Notes: generated by a model not told the origin, from the letters alone. 63,260 nucleotides of DNA, filler included, from Collodictyon triciliatum (GCA_043381765.1; 5 parts of 5 records of this genome joined end to end with filler, not necessarily neighbours in it), one strand, 5' to 3'; counted from the first letter of the whole stretch, positions 1-13,436 are shown. Numbers and translations: made by a program.

Positions 1-4
1 ATTA

Positions 5-103
<99 letters not shown>

Positions 104-125
104 TCATTACTCATTACTCATTATT
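1..125. repeat. (TTA)n microsatellite, intronic
   Basis: Direct trinucleotide repeat, ending shortly before an AG acceptor at about 137. Confidence 0.95.
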
Positions 126-137
126 AATTGTTGCAGG

Positions 138-2566
138 AAATCATTTCTTTTTGTCCTGCTAGATTCGCTCTTTGTGAGAAATGGGAGGTAATGCGCTCAT
201 TCAGCATTTTTCAACGGCCATAATTCTAACATCAAACTCTTATTTTTTTTAAATTTGAATCGAATAAAGGATAATCCATCAAACTCTTATATTATAGATA
301 TGCCTTCTCTCATCAGCTGCTGATACAATCCATCAAAGAGCGATACTTTAAGGATGAAGCGTACACAAAAAATGAAGCGCGTGAATATGGATTGTGGCTG
401 CTTAATGAAACAAACTTTGGTCTTGATGAAATTTATCTCATGGCTGAAATATCGCACAACCTGAGAATCTCAAGGGAGTACATCAAATTAGTAGAGTTTC
501 TCCAGCGGGAAAAGGTTAGATATATTTGGTTATTACTATTACTATTACTATTACTATTACTATTACTATTACTATTACTATTACTATTACTATTACTATT
601 ACTATTACTATTACGATTGCATGCGGTATCCAATCATAATGCCATTTATAGGTTATCGAAAGCATGTTGGATGGCTATTATCGCTTCGAGTTTTTTGAAT
701 GTTGGAGAGACTTGAATAAGAGCGGATTTGACCATAAAACTGTTTATCTTGAGATGACCAAGGTGATAAAACTCAATTGAATGGATCCATAATGATTTTA
801 TTTTAATCGATATGTTTAATAGCAATTGAATCCCGCTGGCTATTCTTTGGTTCGATACTTTCAACAAATCCAAGAGAATAATTTTTTGGTTCCAATTCTT
901 GAACATCGCATTTCTACTGATACTAACGAAGGTTATATTTATCTGATCAAATGAAATTAAGGTATTTACTCTTGACTCAATTTTTTTGCCAAAAAATTTA
1001 GGAACAAACAGTACAAATATGCTTTTGTTGGGCAACATTTACAGGGACATAGGAAAGTATGACACCTACATTTTACTTATAATGTAATTATTTCAACGAA
1101 CAAATATATTTGATAGGTACGAGAAGGCATTCGAATATTATCATAAATCCCTTGAAACCCGACTGAAAGTCTTTGGAGAGATACACCCCGATGTTGCGAT
1201 GACATTAAATAATATCGGAATGGTTTATTGGAAGCTTGAAAAGTATCTTGTATTTTTTTTTTTTGGAAATAAAGCATGCTATTATATCTAAGTAGTGTTT
1301 TAACCGCAAGGAATGAGGAGGCACTCGACTATTACGGGAGGTCACTTCGTATCAAACTGACAGTCTTTGGAGAAATGCATCCTGATGTTGCGATGTCATA
1401 TAATTCTATTGGTCTTGTATTGAGAAAAATGGGCGAGTATGTTTCATTAAATCTAACATTTATGTAAATTGACTGAACTAAATGATTGTTAGGTACGAGA
1501 AAGCCATGGAATACTACGGCAAAGCGCTTGATATATACCTTAAAGTTTTTGGAGACATGCATCCGAATGTTGCGACGTCGTACAATAATAGTGGACTTGT
1601 CTGCAGTAAACTTGGAGAGTATGAAATGATTTCATAAATCACACGATATGGTTTTCACTCGGCGCTCTCATATTTTTTTGATAGCATAATATCAATTTAG
1701 GTCTTGTTGAATTCTATGATATTTTTGTGATAACAACATGTAATTAAAAAAATCCTACAATCATTTTAGAGACGAAAAGGCGCTTGAGTACTACTTGAAG
1801 TCCCTTGAAATACGCTTGAAAGTTCTCGGTGAATGGCATCCTGATGTCGCAGAATCTTTTAATAATATCGGGGGATTTTACAACAAACTAGGATTGTATG
1901 TATTTCAAATATATGTTACCTTATATGATTTTGAAATTTTCATGGTCATTGAATTATAAAGGAATGATGATGATATGTGGTTACACTATCTATTCTTATA
2001 AGTGGTACTTTGACAGCTGCAAGATAATTATTCTATTATTATCGTAATTATTGTGATATATTCATAGGTATGGAAAGGCGTCAGATTATTTCCAAAAATC
2101 TCTTGAAATACAAAAGAAAACTCTTGGAGACATGCACCCAGATGTTGCTATTTCATACAATAACATCGGAATAATTTACAAAAATCTCCGAAAGTATGCT
2201 TATTCAACTATTGTTTTATCCATTATTTGAATTTGTACCAATTTGACGGGGCGTTTGAGATCTTGAGCATTTATCATTTCCATACATAATGACGGTAAAA
2301 TCGTTTGCAGATACGAGAAAGCATCAGAGTGCTACCAGAAATCACTAGAAATTAGACAAAAAGTTCTTGGAGAATCCCACCCTAGCGTCGGAAATACGTT
2401 TTACAATATTGGAGGCCTTTATGAAATACAAGGCAATTACCCCAAAGCAATTGAGGGATATGAAATGGCAAAGAAGGTATACCTGCATGCGTACGGAGCG
2501 GAAAATTTAGTGACCAAAGATGTTGATGTTAGAGTACAGCGAATACAAAAGAAGCTAACGTCATAA
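138..2566 (+). CDS. NACHT/nephrocystin-3-like TPR repeat protein, 3' part (5' end outside the window)
   Basis: Upstream GT-AG exons translate to YAFSHQLLIQSIKERYF (winged-helix-like), VIESMLDG.., QLNPAG.. and LLLGNIYRDIGK. TPR exons are 1117-1242, 1311-1436, 1493-1618, 1770-1895, 2068-2193 and 2311-2566 (e.g. YEKAFEYYHKSLETRLKVFGEIHPDVAMTLNNIGMVYWKLEK). Stop TAA at 2564-2566. TPRs are clear; the NACHT assignment is inferred. Confidence 0.85.
244..276 (+). mobile_element. Ultra-short 3' end of LINE family A, in an intron
   Basis: Contains TTTGAATCGAATAAAGG and is flanked by the direct repeat CATCAAACTCTTAT at 230-243 and 277-290. Confidence 0.65.
530..613. repeat. (TTACTA)n microsatellite, intronic
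   Basis: Hexamer tandem repeat; source of the spurious poly-L and NS ORFs. Confidence 0.95.
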
Positions 2567-2744
2567 TAGTGAGAGAGGAGCCAACCAGATCTGTTTAATT
2601 TGAAATAAAATACCACCTTGCAACCCAGTCATGGCTCACTACACACCAAAACAAACATCCCTCATCTCAATAATCATCTTATAGAGATTTAATGCACATG
2701 ATGTAATCATTCAAAATAACTCATTTCGCGTACCAAGATATACT

Positions 2745-3285
2745 GATGCAAGAGATGAGTTTAGTGCGCATGGTAGAGAGCAAATACGAGTAGGGGAAGA
2801 CACTACTGCGGAGAAGCTAGCACTGGAAAGAAGTCAGTGATAGCGAGTTGGTCAGGTGGGCGACCCAACTGGTTGATTGGTTGTGTGGGTAGCAGGGGTT
2901 GGATGTGCTGTGGGAGATATCGTACGATACATTGCCACATCTCTCTTCGCTTGCGGTCAGAGTAGCGAAGAATGCGAGCGTGTTTCAGCAGGCTGTTCAC
3001 GAAGCTGTATTGCACGAGGCTTTCAAGCATGGATACATTGATTTCTCGTTCGGGTGAATCATTAGAGCGAGAGATTGCGCGCACCCTCCATAAGGACCAC
3101 AGCATACGTCCCCTTGTGACTGTCCAGAGTATTCTAGAGTCGTGGGTCATTTGGTATTGTGGGCCAAACAGAATGTCAGACTCGCTGAGTCGGTTGGGAG
3201 CATAATCAAGCTCAGAGAGCATCTTGTGGGTCGATTCTGTCTCTTTTTGAGCAAGGAGCACTTCACAAATGTGTGTTTGACATCA
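2745..3285 (-). mobile_element. Non-LTR retrotransposon (L1/Tx1-like) family A, ORF2 C-terminal fragment and 3' UTR
   Basis: ORF 3261-2803 has LWSLWRVR (WxIWxxRN-like motif) and is preceded, with a frameshift, by HTFVKC (H-x4-C part of a zinc knuckle). Its nucleotide sequence matches the poly(A)-tailed copies at 42120-42552. Confidence 0.75.
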
Positions 3286-4558
3286 TATATATATGATGTC
3301 AGTGTTCGATAGTGTCATCTACACTATGGCATTTGGTGCATTCTGGAGAGGTCGTTGCTGCATGAACCACACTTTGCCTCATGCCTTATTTTTTGAAACA
3401 TAGCTGCTGCTTGACCAACGCGCTGATATATAATACAGAAATCGCAAAATACCCAGATTCCAAGATAGGTAGAATGAACTATTTTATAGTCATTTAAACA
3501 ATTAAAATTACATGCCTCGTGCGCTACAAACACAATTATTTCTCCAAGATGTATGAAAGTAGAAATATGTTTCTTTTCAGAAAACTTTTCTCTTACCTCA
3601 CTTTGGATAATTACTGTGACCAATCAACACAGCCAAATATGTATTTGAGATTATTGTAAAATTATTACTGTTATCATTAAAACCAAGAATATCCAAGTGG
3701 TATATCGACGTGTATATAGCTATAATAATCTCATAAGACACTGAATAAGTGAGCGAGGTGTTTGTGTATAAACGCAGCAAACTATTTAGGTGAACTTATC
3801 CAAACATTTTTTCTTTGAATATGAATAAACACTATTGATGTGAGGTTTGCAAAGTTTTCACCCCCAAGTTTACTACGATATCAAGTGAACGATACAAACC
3901 AGTTTATCATGTTGACGACAACATCGGAAGTGTTTCCGTTGGTGTTTGAAACAGGTCGCTATCATCCTCTGTGTCATCCTTGTTAAATTCTCTCCCTTCA
4001 ATATGCAAACTTCCAGGTGCAGAAGTCAGGATGGCACGCCCTTCAAATCCTTGGTTTGTCGAATGGGTTGCGATTGGGACGGGAGGAGAAGCAGCAGAGC
4101 GCGCTTCATTTTCCTTTGTGCCCTGTTGAATTGGCTGTGTATCTTGTTGCAGCTGACGCGGTGAATTCTGGGCACTTGTGGGAGGATCGGGCTGCTCGTT
4201 GGCGGCCGCCCTCAACCGCGGAGACGGAGCCTTTGTTTGGGGGTCAGCGGTTTGCGCAGGTGTAGAGTCGTGTCTTTTCTTGCGTCGTATGTTTGTTTGC
4301 TGGGTTTGCGAGGGAAATTCGGGTGACATTTGTGTGTATTTCTTCCATATGGCGTGTCGCAAGTGCCAAAGGTGAACCGGCTGTGATTTAGTGTCAAGAA
4401 GAATAATATAAGCATTATGTTTAGTGATGCGTTTTAGTAATCAATATATGGTGTAATTATCTGAAAAAGTAGAAAAATATTGTAATTGATGGTGAGAGCA
4501 ACATATAACATCCCTTTTTCCCCTTTTTTCCCAATATTTTTTTGATTAACTATGTGAT

Positions 4559-7500
4559 TCAGTTAGATGGTAATAATGCCTGGTGGAGGACAAATGATTC
4601 TCTCAGCTTTCTTGGAAGCCATCCTTTTACATCCATCTGGTAAAAAAATGTTATGATGGATGCTTCCGTTCTGTGAGAAGTTGACCGTGACCGACTCCCA
4701 CTTCTACAAGTGATTTAGACACATTTGAATTGCTCATAAGATGAAGCCATATATCATTAATTCTCAAGAAAAGCTGAGGTATGATTACGGCTGTGTGTCC
4801 TCTGTTTTTGGAAAGGATTGTATAATACAGCCGCCAAAGTACATGTGGGCTTCGGTATGAGGCTGTGTTTTATATATAAAATACATTTAGGGGTTAATTA
4901 CTCAAGAATATCTCATTCAAAACCAAAGTGGAGTTAAAATGTCTCACATTCCGGGAGTGAGGGCGAAAGCCAGGAGCTGAACACTGTCCGTAAGCAAACG
5001 TGCATCCATCTTCACTTCGCCACCACCTTAAAGAAAAAAAAGGTGGTTTTGTTTTTGTTTTTGTTATTATTATTATTGCATTCATGCATTTGCTTTTGGG
5101 CTGCATGTAAATTGTACAAAGAATTTTAGTTCCATCGTATCTCAGTGACAAACCAAACCGTGAAGAAAAGTGTACAAAGATATATAACTAGTTGTTTAAT
5201 AAACTCAGATACATACTTTCGAACCAAATATAACTCTCGCAATCCGGGCGAAATGAATCCCATAGAATGCGGACGAGACAGTCTGAATCGTAGTCTCATA
5301 ATATCTGTATCATCATCCACTGTTTGCATATGCTGTATAATATTGTTCTATTTTTTTATTTAAAAAATACTTAGAATGTATTCAAAAGTTGAGAATGAGG
5401 CAGTGCTGCAGTGTGAAACTAAGAATGGTGAATATTTTGTTGTTATTTATTTCAGATATTATGCTCCTAGGAATATTAATCAATGACGGATTTTGAGTTT
5501 TCTTACATCTCCATCAGCAACACCAACAAGAATATCCCATTCCAAGCGCAAAGATTGCATGATTTCATATACGTCTATTGGCTTTGAATTGACCAGTGCA
5601 ACTGTCCTTACAATCGGAACCAATGGCGTGTTTTCTGGTCTGGGACTACGGTTCTCGTGTCGGGGATTTAGTAAGGAGTGTACGGACGGAAGCCATTTGG
5701 CGAATGTATGTATTCCATCTTCTTCGGACACAAATCGCCACCCAGTCAGTGGATTTTTAACATTCTCCAACATAAGCTTTGACACAATTTTGATCATCTG
5801 CACAGTGTTGTCAATTTTGTTATAAAATATGAGCTTTTATTTTATGATTAGGTGGTCTTTTTTTCTTAAGTATTAAACTCGACGAAAGATATATGAAAGT
5901 ACGTGGTCTGCTGCGTTTGTTAGATGAGTCCGGCTCGGGAGAGCTGCGTTTCCATGGTTTTGAGAGGAGCTTGAATGAATCTCTTCATATATGCTGTTGG
6001 ATTGATGCATCCTGACGGTCTCGTCAGAAGATTCAAACGAATTTGGGTATTCATATGCCCATGAATCAATCGAATCCAGTGAGTTTGAGACCATTACGCT
6101 CGTGTCATAGCTAGATAAAATTTCTGTCAAGAACTATGATGGAGAAAATAACTGATAAATGTTGAAGCTAGCGATTACCTTGTTTCGTTGATGATTGGTA
6201 GAAATTCTTCCTTTATTGGGATGAATATTATATTCTCAATAATAATGATAGTCATAAGAATCATAATAATAACAACAATAGAATAGACTATATAACGCAT
6301 CTGTATCGTCCTCTGCATTTTTTTGATTTTTTCGAACAGAAAATGATTGATGGGCAAGGAATTACTTTCAGCTTCCATTTTCTGTATGTCATCGAAGCTA
6401 GGGTTGATAAGAGAACAGTGGCCGATGCAGCGTACGGAAACATTGTAACTGTCACTGGGTCTTTGTTGTCATGAGAAAATATAGATGCCTTGATGATTAT
6501 GTAAGTGAACACAGAAAAGTTCAATACCTGGTTAGAGTAAAGCATATGTTAGTATTAGCACATTTTATGCATCAAAATAGGTGAACCATGAGCATATATC
6601 ATATACCATTTGTAAATGATTAAGCCAAAATTTGCAAAATTACAATAGGGCTATCTCTAACAAATAAGAGATGAAAAATGATGCAGCATGATCATTACAT
6701 GCGCTATTCTAAAACTGGTGGAGGCCGATTTCCCCGGACAAAGCAGCGAAAAGTACATGAGTCGTATTAGGCACATAGTCTGTTATTTTATTGTATAAAA
6801 AAAAGTGGTTTTTTCTCGCAGCACTTTGAATCGAATAAAGGGGAAAATGTAGAAGAGTAGTTTTAAGATATAAATATTATAAGATATGTTATAAAAAAAA
6901 CCCCCAAGGGTGTAAATTACAAAGAAACATACTAAAGTGTGTCAAAAAAATAAATGAACGTTTCTGTATTTTCCTTTAAATATTTTTAGTTTTTTCAAGA
7001 AAAAAAAGGTGAATTTGAAAATATGAGCTTCAGTGATACAACAATTATTTTCCACGAGGGAAAGTGCATCATGTTAACAAGGCATATAATGATAAAATCT
7101 TGTGGCACTATCGAAACTATTGAATAAAAGGAGAAAAAAGGAAAAAGGAAAAAGGGAAAAGGAAAAAGGAAAAAGGAAAAAGGAAAAAGGAAAAAGGGAA
7201 AAGGAAAAAGGAAAAAGGAAAAAGGGAAAAGGGAAAAGAGAAAAGAGAAAATAAAAATAAGAGAACAGAGAAAAATAGCAAAAGAGCAAAAGAGCAAAAG
7301 AGAAAAAGAAAAAAAGAGAAAAAAAGAGAAAAAAAGAGAAAAAAAGAGAAAAAAAGAGAAAAAGAGAAAAAGAGAAAAAGAGAAAAAGTGAAAAAGTGAA
7401 AAAGTGAAAAAGTGAAAAAGAAAAGACCTACGAGCAAATCCAGGAAAGACGAATCGAAGCGAAACTCCTGCGGCAGGATGATATCCCATGAATCGGCCCC

Positions 7501-7734
7501 AGCAGCAACCAACGCAAGCAGAACACAAATGTCAAGAAAACATGCCAAAGGAAGAACAAATCGAGAGGACAAGATTCGCTCTTTGACTGAGTTGGACAAG
7601 TTTCGCCGCTGAAACGGACCGCTGTCGGATCGTGTGCGCCCCGGGTCTCTGAGGATTGCCGAGAAGGCAGCTCCGCGTGACTGCATTTTAGCAGCTGCAG
7701 CTTTTTTAGAAGGAATGAATATGGAATTAGACAA
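4559..7734 (-). CDS. Multi-exon membrane protein with a C-terminal START-like lipid-binding domain
   Basis: C-terminal exons: GWRFVSEEDGIHTF..VRTVALVNSKPIDVYEIM..EWD; DDDTDIMRLRF..ISPGLRELYLVR; WRSEDGCTFAYGQC; EAHMYFGGCIIQ; SIITFFYQMDVKGWLP (START C-terminal motif). Upstream hydrophobic exons (MCLIRLMYF.., PYCNFANFGLIIYKW, YAASATVLLSTL, YIVYSIVVIIMIL) resemble TOM1/GPR137-type transmembrane segments. The 5' exons are tentative. Confidence 0.6.
6815..6847 (+). mobile_element. Short 3' end of LINE family A
   Basis: CTCGCAGCACTTTGAATCGAATAAAGGGGAAAA matches the family 3' terminus. Confidence 0.6.
7125..7424. repeat. Purine-rich compound microsatellite (GGAAAAA, GAGAAAAA, GTGAAAAA)
   Basis: Visible tandem units; probably an intron of the START gene. 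Confidence 0.9.
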
Positions 7735-8047
7735 AATGATTAAGTATTATCAGAGCTCATTGGACTTTTTTTTTTCTTCTTTCCTTCTCTTTTCTCTTTC
7801 TGTTTTTTAATTTTTGTTTTTGTGCTTGATCTTATCTGATCACTTTTGTGTGCAGAACGGCAAACGCAATACAAGGATTTTATGCGCGCTGTAGATTGTT
7901 TAATTTTGAATGAAAGTAGTGCGCATTGTATTTTTTTTTTTTTTTATAAAATAGTGATATTTTTAATAGACCTATGTATATTTTGATTAATTAGTGCATT
8001 TATTATTTAAATCCAGATATGTGATTAGGAGGAGCTTTTTTGTTTCA

Positions 8048-8549
8048 AAGTTTTTATGTTTTTTGTTTTTTTTGTTTTTTGTTTTTTGTTTTTATGTTTT
8101 TATGTTTTTATGTTTTTATGTTTTTATGTTTTTATGTTTTTATGTTTTTATGTTTTTATGTTTTTATGTTTTTATGTTTTTATGTTTTTATGTTTTTATG
8201 TTTTTATNNNNNNNNNNNNNNNNNNNNNNNNNNNNNNNNNNNNNNNNNNNNNNNNNNNNNNNNNNNNNNNNNNNNNNNNNNNNNNNNNNNNNNNNNNNNN
8301 NNNNNNNNNNNNNNNNNNNNNNNNNNNNNNNNNNNNNNNNNNNNNNNNNNNNNNNNNNNNNNNNNNNNNNNNNNNNNNNNNNNNNNNNNNNNNNNNNNNN
8401 NNNNNNNNNNNNNNNNNNNNNNNNNNNNNNNNNNNNNNNNNNNNNNNNNTACATTACATTACATTACATTACATTACATTACATTACATTACATTACATT
8501 ACATTACATTACATTACATTACATTACATTACATTACATTACATTACAT
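8048..8549. repeat. (TTTTTATG)n, then an N gap, then (ATTAC)n
   Basis: Simple repeats flanking the assembly gap 8208-8449. Confidence 0.9.
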
Positions 8550-9984
8550 ACGGCACTGTTTTCAAAGCGAATATACTTTGGTTTTTTTTTTTGGGTTTTT
8601 TTTGTTGTTTTTTGAAGATCGTATTATAATCACCAAAAAGAGTGCCTTGTTCTCTTACATTCTCGACGGACATACACCCGCCCTTTAGGGAGAATCAGTG
8701 GCATGCTCCACTGAGCTTGATCTCTGTACGAATATTCCTTAGCACCATGCTTCAGTCGTAGAAGAATGACCTCAAAGGAGACAAAGCCGTCGTCACCGGT
8801 CAACGTACGTAGGATTCGTCTTATTTTTTCCTCATTTCTATATTCTTCAACAAAGGTGTGTCGTTCCCTCCCCTCTTTTGATTTTCTCCCTTCTGTGAAC
8901 AAGAAATCATGATATGTCTTTCAGTTTGACATACGCAATGACGCCCTCATATTTTACGATGACTCCAACTTATCTGCCAAAAAAACACCCGCATTGAAAA
9001 GAAATATTCAAAGATTAAATCACCAGCCGTTCATTCGTACAATATATTTATTTTGATTCCATAAACAACAAATGTCTGAATGATTTTCCTAATAAAGAAT
9101 TTACAAGGATTGATAATTAATTGATTATTTTTTATTTGCAAATCGCTTTGAATAGTTTCCCAGTGTGCCGACGCTTATCGTCTCTAGGTTGCCAGGATTC
9201 CAACCAGACTTCGCAAATGTTGGGTGAGCCTAACAGAAAAAAATCATACTCTGACAAAATCTATATTTTGGTAATAAATGTTTGAAAAAAAAAAAAACAA
9301 TACAGGGTTATGAAATCGAATCCCATGCATTTAGCCCAGCTGTGTTATTTCGAAAGAGATAAATACAATAATTGGTATTTCATACAAAAATCAGTGCCCA
9401 CATCAAGTAAATTCAATTTTTCGCATCCCAGAGATTTTTTTTTTGGCTCATGGTATATTGAAGTGACACAGCAGAGAAGAGAATCATTTTCAAAATACAT
9501 CAAAAAAAATACTTGATTCACCGGTTATATCAAAACATCCGTCGGTTCGCTAGTTCTTTAATTCAAGCGTGGTGAGTAGATATCAACCTCAATCAGATCC
9601 ACAAAGTTCCATTCTAATCGCAGCACAATCTACTCGAAATTGATCGGTGATATAATGCGAATTCTCTAAAAGGAATTCGTGTCCCGGACTCCAATAAAAA
9701 AAATGGATACTTGGATATCAAAGGTAAAGGCCAATGAATCTATAATATCGAAATGCTTGGCCAAAATCGAATTATAAATTACTCTTTAAAGTATGGTGAT
9801 TTCATTTGCGTATGCAGTGTAGAATTCACTGCATGGCCTCGAAATGGGTTGAGTGTGCCATTTCTATTTTTTTCTGTGTAATTCGATTTTGAAACAAAAA
9901 CACTGAAAAAGAAATTAGGATAACCCATAGCTCGAATCTTGTTTTTTTTTCTTCTTCCTATTCTTATTTTCATTTGCATTACAA

Positions 9985-11399
9985 AGGTTTATGCCAACGA
10001 TATGGTATCTGTCTATCTTTAGGAAGTAGCTCTTAACCAGTGCTATCGAAAATATTACAGTGCGAGAAAATACACAACTTCAGGAAAGACAAGAGTTGAA
10101 CGAGCATTATTATTCAAGGGTAATTAAGCAAAGTGCTCATGAAGCAGTAATTCCAATGTTACCATCAGGTTTCCTTTATATATATATATAAGCAATAGAA
10201 AAAGGTTCTTTGCATAGCTATTTATTTTTATATAATTTATTTTAATTACTTTGAGATAATTACCCTTGATACAACACGCTTCTTTTGCCATTTCTTGCTG
10301 CCAATAATAATTGCTCTTTTTTTAATGAATGGTATCACGATAGGAAAAAAATTGAGACTCAAGAGGGCGGTAGTTTGGTTTATGGATATATATTGTTGGC
10401 GTAACCGAGCAATGTATATGTATGGGATTGGAAATAGATAAACTCGTACAACAGTGCATCTTTTAGTGTGATATTCAGAGCATCGCGAATGAACGGTCTG
10501 AAGGTATAAGTCTACCGAATGTATCTAGATATCTTCTACCAAAAAAGTTGGTGTATATGTCAAGACTGTGTAAATTTCGTTTAAATATAAATATGTCACT
10601 TTTATCGACTTGCACACGATTTAATTTCATGACCCGTTCTTTTAAAAAATATTGTAAAACAATTCATGAATCATACTTTGGTGCAGATTCTGCAATGGAA
10701 TATGTGATTAACAGACACAGTGGACATGAAACACGCATTCACTAAGTGAATCCTTCCACGGACTTTGTTGCAAAGTTCGAGTTAATCAGTGAGATATCTG
10801 CCTTTCGGAAGTACTGCATGAGCATTTACTAACAATCTGCGGCGGAAGGAATAGACTAACCCCGAATTATGAGGAAGACTACACGATTTTATTCCTCTTT
10901 TTATTTTCTCTTCTTTTTAAACCTCTCACAACCGCGTGATACAAGTGGGGTTTTCAATAATGACAGTCGGGAGACAAAAGCTTGAAATTCGACACCCCCT
11001 CTTGCGATTCCCTCACACGGCTCATGAACGATTGAGCAATCCGCTTTGTGCTTTGAAATCAGCGAGATACAGAAACAATTTGCACCCTCTCTCCAGAAAA
11101 GTATTTCCACATATGTATTTCCACATTTATATCAATATATCAAATAAGGATATTTCTTTTACTGAATATACCATAAATGAAACATTTGACTGCGTTAAGG
11201 ACAAACAAATGCACCACTTCCTACTATATTCCATAACGGATTTCCATGGTCGTGGGATGACGTCATACTGAAGCCTTTGTACAAATTAGTAACGCACATG
11301 CTGAAATTCGTCCATTTTCGGCGCAATCCTATCTTATCCGATAAGCTGAAAGTGATTCTATATTTGGACAACCTTCTTGAATTGTTGACGATAAGGTGA
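9985..11399 (+). pseudogene. Degenerate multi-exon gene remnant of unknown family
   Basis: Exon-like blocks bounded by AG/GT with in-frame stops, e.g. DSAMEYVINRHSGHETRIH*VNPSTDF..SIY*QSAAEGID*PRIM (TAA at 10743, 10830, 10857). The last block QTNAPLPTIFHNGFPWSWDDVILKP.. is open. Confidence 0.35.
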
Positions 11400-12739
11400 T
11401 AGAACCAGAACATTCGCCAGATAGTATCGATTTCTTTGTAAAGATTGGGTTGCTATTTATCTTGCCCGCCACACCCGTTTCCTTTCGCCTCTTTCGTTTC
11501 TTTTGCGTTTCCGCTGTCTCCAACAATAAACCCCCTTATGTTTGCTTCCCCAACTGTTCTTTGTGCATTTCAGCAGAGGCACTTCGAGACCATACTGGAG
11601 GCACGTGTCTTTTTCTCGCTGTGATTTAGTGGCAAAGGAGTGAAAATAATAAGTGGCAGCTCGCGACGACAATGAGAATCAATTGGCAGGGATTTGTCGA
11701 GAGTTGCGGCTCTAAGGACACGAGTTTGTGGAGACTGAAGGCAGAATCATGAGGAAGAAAGGCGAGCTTTGAGGCACGGGATGTTGCAAGTTTTACCTTT
11801 TTCCTTTTAAGTGGAATCGTTGAGCGTTCAACAACAAAATTTCATATTGCAAGCAGAGCGAATCTTGGAAAATAATGATTCGGAAAGAAATATATTGAAA
11901 GAATCGACCTCCACAGGAAAGCCAAATTTCCCACAGGATTCATTCAACCATTACATTTATTGCCATCTTGACTGAAAATTCAAGACAAGGCTCTTTGACG
12001 AAATTTCGCAACATCATTTTCGTTCTGTTTGTCAAATTGGTTGTTGCAATAAACAATGACATTTGTGTTCAAAATGCATTTTAAAACGCGTTATTCTAAT
12101 TTGCAGGGATTTATATATGGCCGATACCTTATAAAGCAGTTTATTTTGTTCACTGGTTATTTGATTATTCAATTCCCACTCGAAAAACGAATGCACCAAA
12201 GACAAACACATTTTCTTCGTTCGTGTAAATTAGTAACCTTGGCTCTCAAGAAAAATGAAAGAAACATGTTTATTTTTTTCAAAACGATTGCTTTGCTTGC
12301 AACATCGCCAAAGTACTACCAAAAAGAAAATTTCCAATACAAATTGGTGAATAAGACACCCGACACCAGCAAAGTGTGATGAACACAAACGAACACGCGT
12401 TTTTATTGCACACGGCTGCGAATAAGATGCGTGACAACTTCACTTTGTTTTCGTCTCGAAAGTCCGCTGCGATTTTGCTCGGCTCTGTATCCTCACAACA
12501 TGTCTCGATCACAAAAAAAGCGAGAGGCAATATATATATATATATATCTATATTGATGGAAGAAAACCCCTCATACTATCTCGAATTCACAGCGACAAAT
12601 GACAAAATAACACGCTCGAGATAGCTGTGATAAACCCGCCTGATGAATCGCACGCAAGGGCTGTGGCTCTCGTGTTATTCTGTGCTCCAAAAAAAACCAG
12701 AAAATATTAAAACCAACTCATTTACCCTATCTTTCTTCT

Positions 12740-12995
12740 TTGTTTCTTTCTGTCTTTCTGTCATTCATTCTGTCATTCTGTCATTCTGTCCTTCTGTCCT
12801 TCTGTCATTCTTTCTGTCATTCTGTCTTTCTGTCTTTCTGTCTTTCTGTCTTTCTGTCTTCCTGTAATTCTGTAATGCTTTCTGTCGGTCTTTCTGTCTT
12901 TCTGTCTTTCTGTCTTCCTGTAATTCTGTAATGCTTTCTGTCGGTCTTTCTGTCTTTCTGTCTTTCTGTCTTTCTGTCATTCTTTCTGTCATTCT
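12740..12995. repeat. Compound TCTT/TCTG/TCAT microsatellite
   Basis: Tandem tetramer and octamer units. Confidence 0.9.
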
Positions 12996-13168
12996 CTCTT
13001 TTTCCTTCTTTTCTTTATTTCTTTGTTTCTTTGTTTCTCTCGATTTTTTTTTTCAATCATCATCTGGTTCCATCATCGCACTAGCTTCCTCGCCAAACCC
13101 ATCAAAGGTGCTATGGAAAGAGAGAAAAAAACCACAGCAGACCGCCCTCTCCATCCACATCACATTCC

Positions 13169-13268
13169 NNNNNNNNNNNNNNNNNNNNNNNNNNNNNNNN
13201 NNNNNNNNNNNNTTAATTAATTAANNNNNNNNNNNNNNNNNNNNNNNNNNNNNNNNNNNNNNNNNNNN
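13169..13268. other. Artificial contig linker (N44-TTAATTAATTAA-N44)
   Basis: 12-mer giving stops in all six frames, centred in a 100-bp N block. Identical linkers at 26435-26534, 38541-38640 and 51801-51900. Confidence 0.95.
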
Positions 13269-13436
13269 TTTTTTTTGTTCTATCCTCAAAGTCAGGCTCA
13301 TCCCTGAGGTTTATTATCGAATCTCGTGCAGTGACATTGCGCTCATGTAGCGGTGATCTGACTTGAGTGCGTTCACAAACTTTTTCAGCAATTCGACCTT
13401 GGCCAGAGAATAGAACAAGAACTTGTCATTTATTCC

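Noticed and set aside
3907-4362. GC-richer low-complexity ORF upstream of the LINE fragment, possibly an ORF1 remnant
   Set aside because: No recognisable motif and no second copy in the window.
6995-8688. Long Phe/Leu-rich or X-containing ORFs here and at other repeats and gaps
   Set aside because: Translations of microsatellites and N runs.
9620-9880. YLDIKGKGQ*IYNIEM resembling a PD-(D/E)XK Rpn-type nuclease motif
   Set aside because: Short, interrupted by stops and without supporting context; could be chance.
10689-10880. Possible TAA=Gln genetic code (in-frame TAA here and in the LRR gene)
   Set aside because: Intact genes, including about 10 kb of the giant CDS, have no in-frame TAA/TAG and end in TAA, TAG or TGA. 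CAA-to-TAA is the expected nonsense change in pseudogenes.
13213-13224. Palindromic TTAATTAATTAA recurring four times
   Set aside because: Always centred in a 100-bp N block, so it is an artificial six-frame-stop linker. Gene adjacency across these points is not evidence of linkage.
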